Assembly: GCA_024639415.1 (NCBI GenBank)
Contig: JAHEIK010000001.1
Location: forward strand, 1 to 29,094
DNA from: Planctomycetota bacterium
GTDB lineage: Bacteria; Planctomycetota; PLA2; JAEUHO01
DNA: 29,094 nt
Direction of reading: 5' to 3'
Part shown: positions 27,035 through 29,094 of the stretch, one piece after another
Layout: each line of letters starts with the position of its first letter
How positions within the stretch are numbered: position 1 is the first letter of the stretch
Translations under genes and position numbers: made by a program
Notes under the pieces: model-generated
What the model was told of the DNA's origin: nothing
Databases searched by the model: none
The model's input: only the letters and a program-made list of their open reading frames with translations

Positions 27035-29094
27035 TCACGAGGTGGAGGATCGGCGCAGACCGAGGGTGAGGTCGCCCTCGCCCAGGGACGTCGCCACGAT
27101 GAACATGCCGTCCTCGGGCGCGCCGTAGACGACCTCATCCGCCAGCACCTGCTCGCGGATGTAGGCCTCATGCGCCTCGACGGCAGCCCGGCAGCCTGCG
27201 TGCACGTCGACGGCCAGGACGATGCGGTCCGTCACGTCGAAGTCGGCTTCCTTGCGCGCCTGCTGCACCTTGCGCACGAGGTCGCGAGCCCAGCCCTCGG
27301 CCTCCAGCTCGGGCGTGACCACGATGTCGAGCACGACGACGGCGTCGTTGCTCTTGAGCGCGGCACTCGTCTCGCCGGCCTTGGACTCGAGCTTGAGCTC
27401 GTACTCCCCGGGCTGAAGCACCTGGCCCCCGGCCGCGACGGTGCCGTCGTCGCTCCGCGTCCAATCGCCGCTGCGCACGGCGGCGAGGACGTCCTTCATC
27501 GCCTTCCCGAGCTTGGGGCCCAGTGCGCGGCGATCGGGCGAGAGCACGTAGGTCGCGTGTGCCTCCAGGTCCTCGGTCAGCTCGACGTCCTTGACGTTGA
27601 CCTCACTCCGGATGAGGTGCCGTAGGGCCTCGAGGCGGGTGGCGTCGTGCCCCGCCACCGTGAGCGCGGCCAGCGGCAGACGCGTACGCAGGCCGTGCTC
27701 CTCGCGAAGCGCGAGCGCGGTCGAGCAGACCTCGCGGACGCGGTCCATGTCCGCGACGAGCCCATGGTCCTCGGGGAACGCGCTCGCCTCGGGCCAGTCC
27801 GCCAGATGCACGCTCGCCTCGGCCGTGAGTCCCGTATAGACGGCGTCGGAGATCAAGGGCAGCAGCGGCGCAGCCACCTTCGACAGCGTCACGAGCACCG
27901 TGTACAGCGTGTCGTAGGCGTCCCGCTTGTCTTGGCTGGCGCCCTCGCTCCAGAAGCGACCGCGGCTGCGGCGGATGTACCAGTTGTTCAGCGCGTCGAT
28001 GAACGCCGTGATGTCGGCGCACGCACCGGCGAGGTCGTAGTCGTCCATCTCGGACGTCACGCTCTCCACCAGCTCCCGCGTCTTGGCGAGGATGTAGCGG
28101 TCGAGCAGCTGCTCGGAGTCCGTGCGGAACGCAGCCTGGGTGCCGTCGATGTTGGCGTACAGGGTGAAGAAGTAGTACGCGTTCCAGATCGGGTTGATCA
28201 CGAGCCGCACGACTTCGCCGATGCCGGCGCCTTGCTCGTCGATGCGGATGTCGCCGCCGCGCAGGATCGTCGAAGACATCAGGTACCAGCGCAGCGCGTC
28301 CGCACCTTGCTCCTCGAAGACGACCTCAGGATCGGGGTAGTTGCTGTAGCGCTTGCTGAGCTTGCGCCCCTCGGCGTCGAGCACGATGCCGTGGCACATG
28401 CAGTTCTTGAAGGGCGGCCTGTCGAAGATCGCCGTGGCGAGCACGACCATCGTGTAGAACCAGCCGCGCGTCTGGGCGATGTACTCGACGATGAAGTCGG
28501 CCGGGAAGTGGTGCTCGAACCACTCCTTGTTCTCGAACGGGTAGTGCACCTGCGCGTACGGCATGGAACCGGACTCGAACCAGCAGTCGAGCACCTCGGG
28601 CACGCGCCGCATCATGCTCTTGCCGGTCGGATCGTCCGGGTTGGGACGCACCAGCTCGTCGATGTGCGGACGGTGCAGATCCGTCGGACGCACGCCGAAG
28701 TCGCGCTCGATCTCGTCGAGGCTGCCGTAGCAGTCCTCGCGGGGGTAGTTCGGGTCGTCGCTGCGCCACACGGGGATCGGCGTGCCCCAGAAGCGGTTGC
28801 GGCTGATCGACCAATCGCGCGCACCCTCGAGCCACTTGCCGAACTGGCCGTCCTTGATGTGCTCCGGGATCCAGCGGATCTGCTGGTTGAGCTCGACCAT
28901 GCGGTCGCGGAAGTCCGTGACGCGCACGTACCAGGAGCTCAGCGCCTTGTAGATCAAGGGCTTGTCGGTGCGCCAGCAGTGCGGGTAGTTGTGCTCGTAC
29001 GTCTCGTGCCGGACCAGCACCCCCGCGTCCTTGAGGTGCTTGATGATGGGCTTGTTCGCCTCGAGGACGTTGACGCCCTCCCAGTCCGAGACCT
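27035..29094 (-). CDS. ileS: Isoleucyl-tRNA synthetase, type 2 (IleRS2), 5'-truncated by the window edge
   Basis: The frame stays open to position 29094. YPHCWR, DWSISRNRFWGTPIP, VLDCWFESGSMP, EYIAQTRGWFY and KMSKS-equivalent KLSKR. C-terminal EG.AR..VR.VQ.ARK domain with no C-terminal zinc finger. Confidence 0.96.
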   Translation of the reverse strand, partial: VSDWEGVNVLEANKPIIKHLKDAGVLVRHETYEHNYPHCWRTDKPLIYKALSSWYVRVTDFRDRMVELNQQIRWIPEHIKDGQFGKWLEGARDWSISRNRFWGTPIPVWRSDDPNYPREDCYGSLDEIERDFGVRPTDLHRPHIDELVRPNPDDPTGKSMMRRVPEVLDCWFESGSMPYAQVHYPFENKEWFEHHFPADFIVEYIAQTRGWFYTMVVLATAIFDRPPFKNCMCHGIVLDAEGRKLSKRYSNYPDPEVVFEEQGADALRWYLMSSTILRGGDIRIDEQGAGIGEVVRLVINPIWNAYYFFTLYANIDGTQAAFRTDSEQLLDRYILAKTRELVESVTSEMDDYDLAGACADITAFIDALNNWYIRRSRGRFWSEGASQDKRDAYDTLYTVLVTLSKVAAPLLPLISDAVYTGLTAEASVHLADWPEASAFPEDHGLVADMDRVREVCSTALALREEHGLRTRLPLAALTVAGHDATRLEALRHLIRSEVNVKDVELTEDLEAHATYVLSPDRRALGPKLGKAMKDVLAAVRSGDWTRSDDGTVAAGGQVLQPGEYELKLESKAGETSAALKSNDAVVVLDIVVTPELEAEGWARDLVRKVQQARKEADFDVTDRIVLAVDVHAGCRAAVEAHEAYIREQVLADEVVYGAPEDGMFIVATSLGEGDLTLGLRRSSTS

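Overview
A 29-kb, very GC-rich bacterial chromosomal window with about 21 protein-coding genes. I found no rRNA, tRNA, CRISPR array or transposase. The gene content suggests a Planctomycetota-like organism (inference from an exported prenyltransferase/squalene-cyclase-repeat protein and a Ser/Thr kinase fused to an FGE-type domain). From left to right: (1) about 0.9 kb of non-coding DNA with two 177-bp direct repeats 331 bp apart, which differ only in fixed-length slots and may continue past the left edge; (2) a heterodimeric ABC exporter; (3) an exported ExbD-like/alpha-alpha-barrel fusion facing a lipoprotein made only of the SecD periplasmic domain; (4) a kinase-FGE fusion and a MarR regulator; (5) a membrane-anchored beta-sandwich protein, glutaryl-CoA dehydrogenase-like enzyme, FHA protein, FNR-like reductase, signal-peptide methyltransferase and lipoprotein; (6) a TIGR01777 protein, second Ser/Thr kinase and rhomboid protease; (7) a five-gene phosphorelay cluster with a FixL-like heme-PAS hybrid kinase, REC, Hpt, REC-PP2C and REC-Hpt; (8) a partial type-2 ileS. 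Three intergenic regions share a dispersed repeat family (27-nt GTGAG motif, CGT hexamers, GTAG-tagged hairpins), and several signalling genes look leaderless. All assignments come from motif recognition by eye. No searches or folding programs were run.
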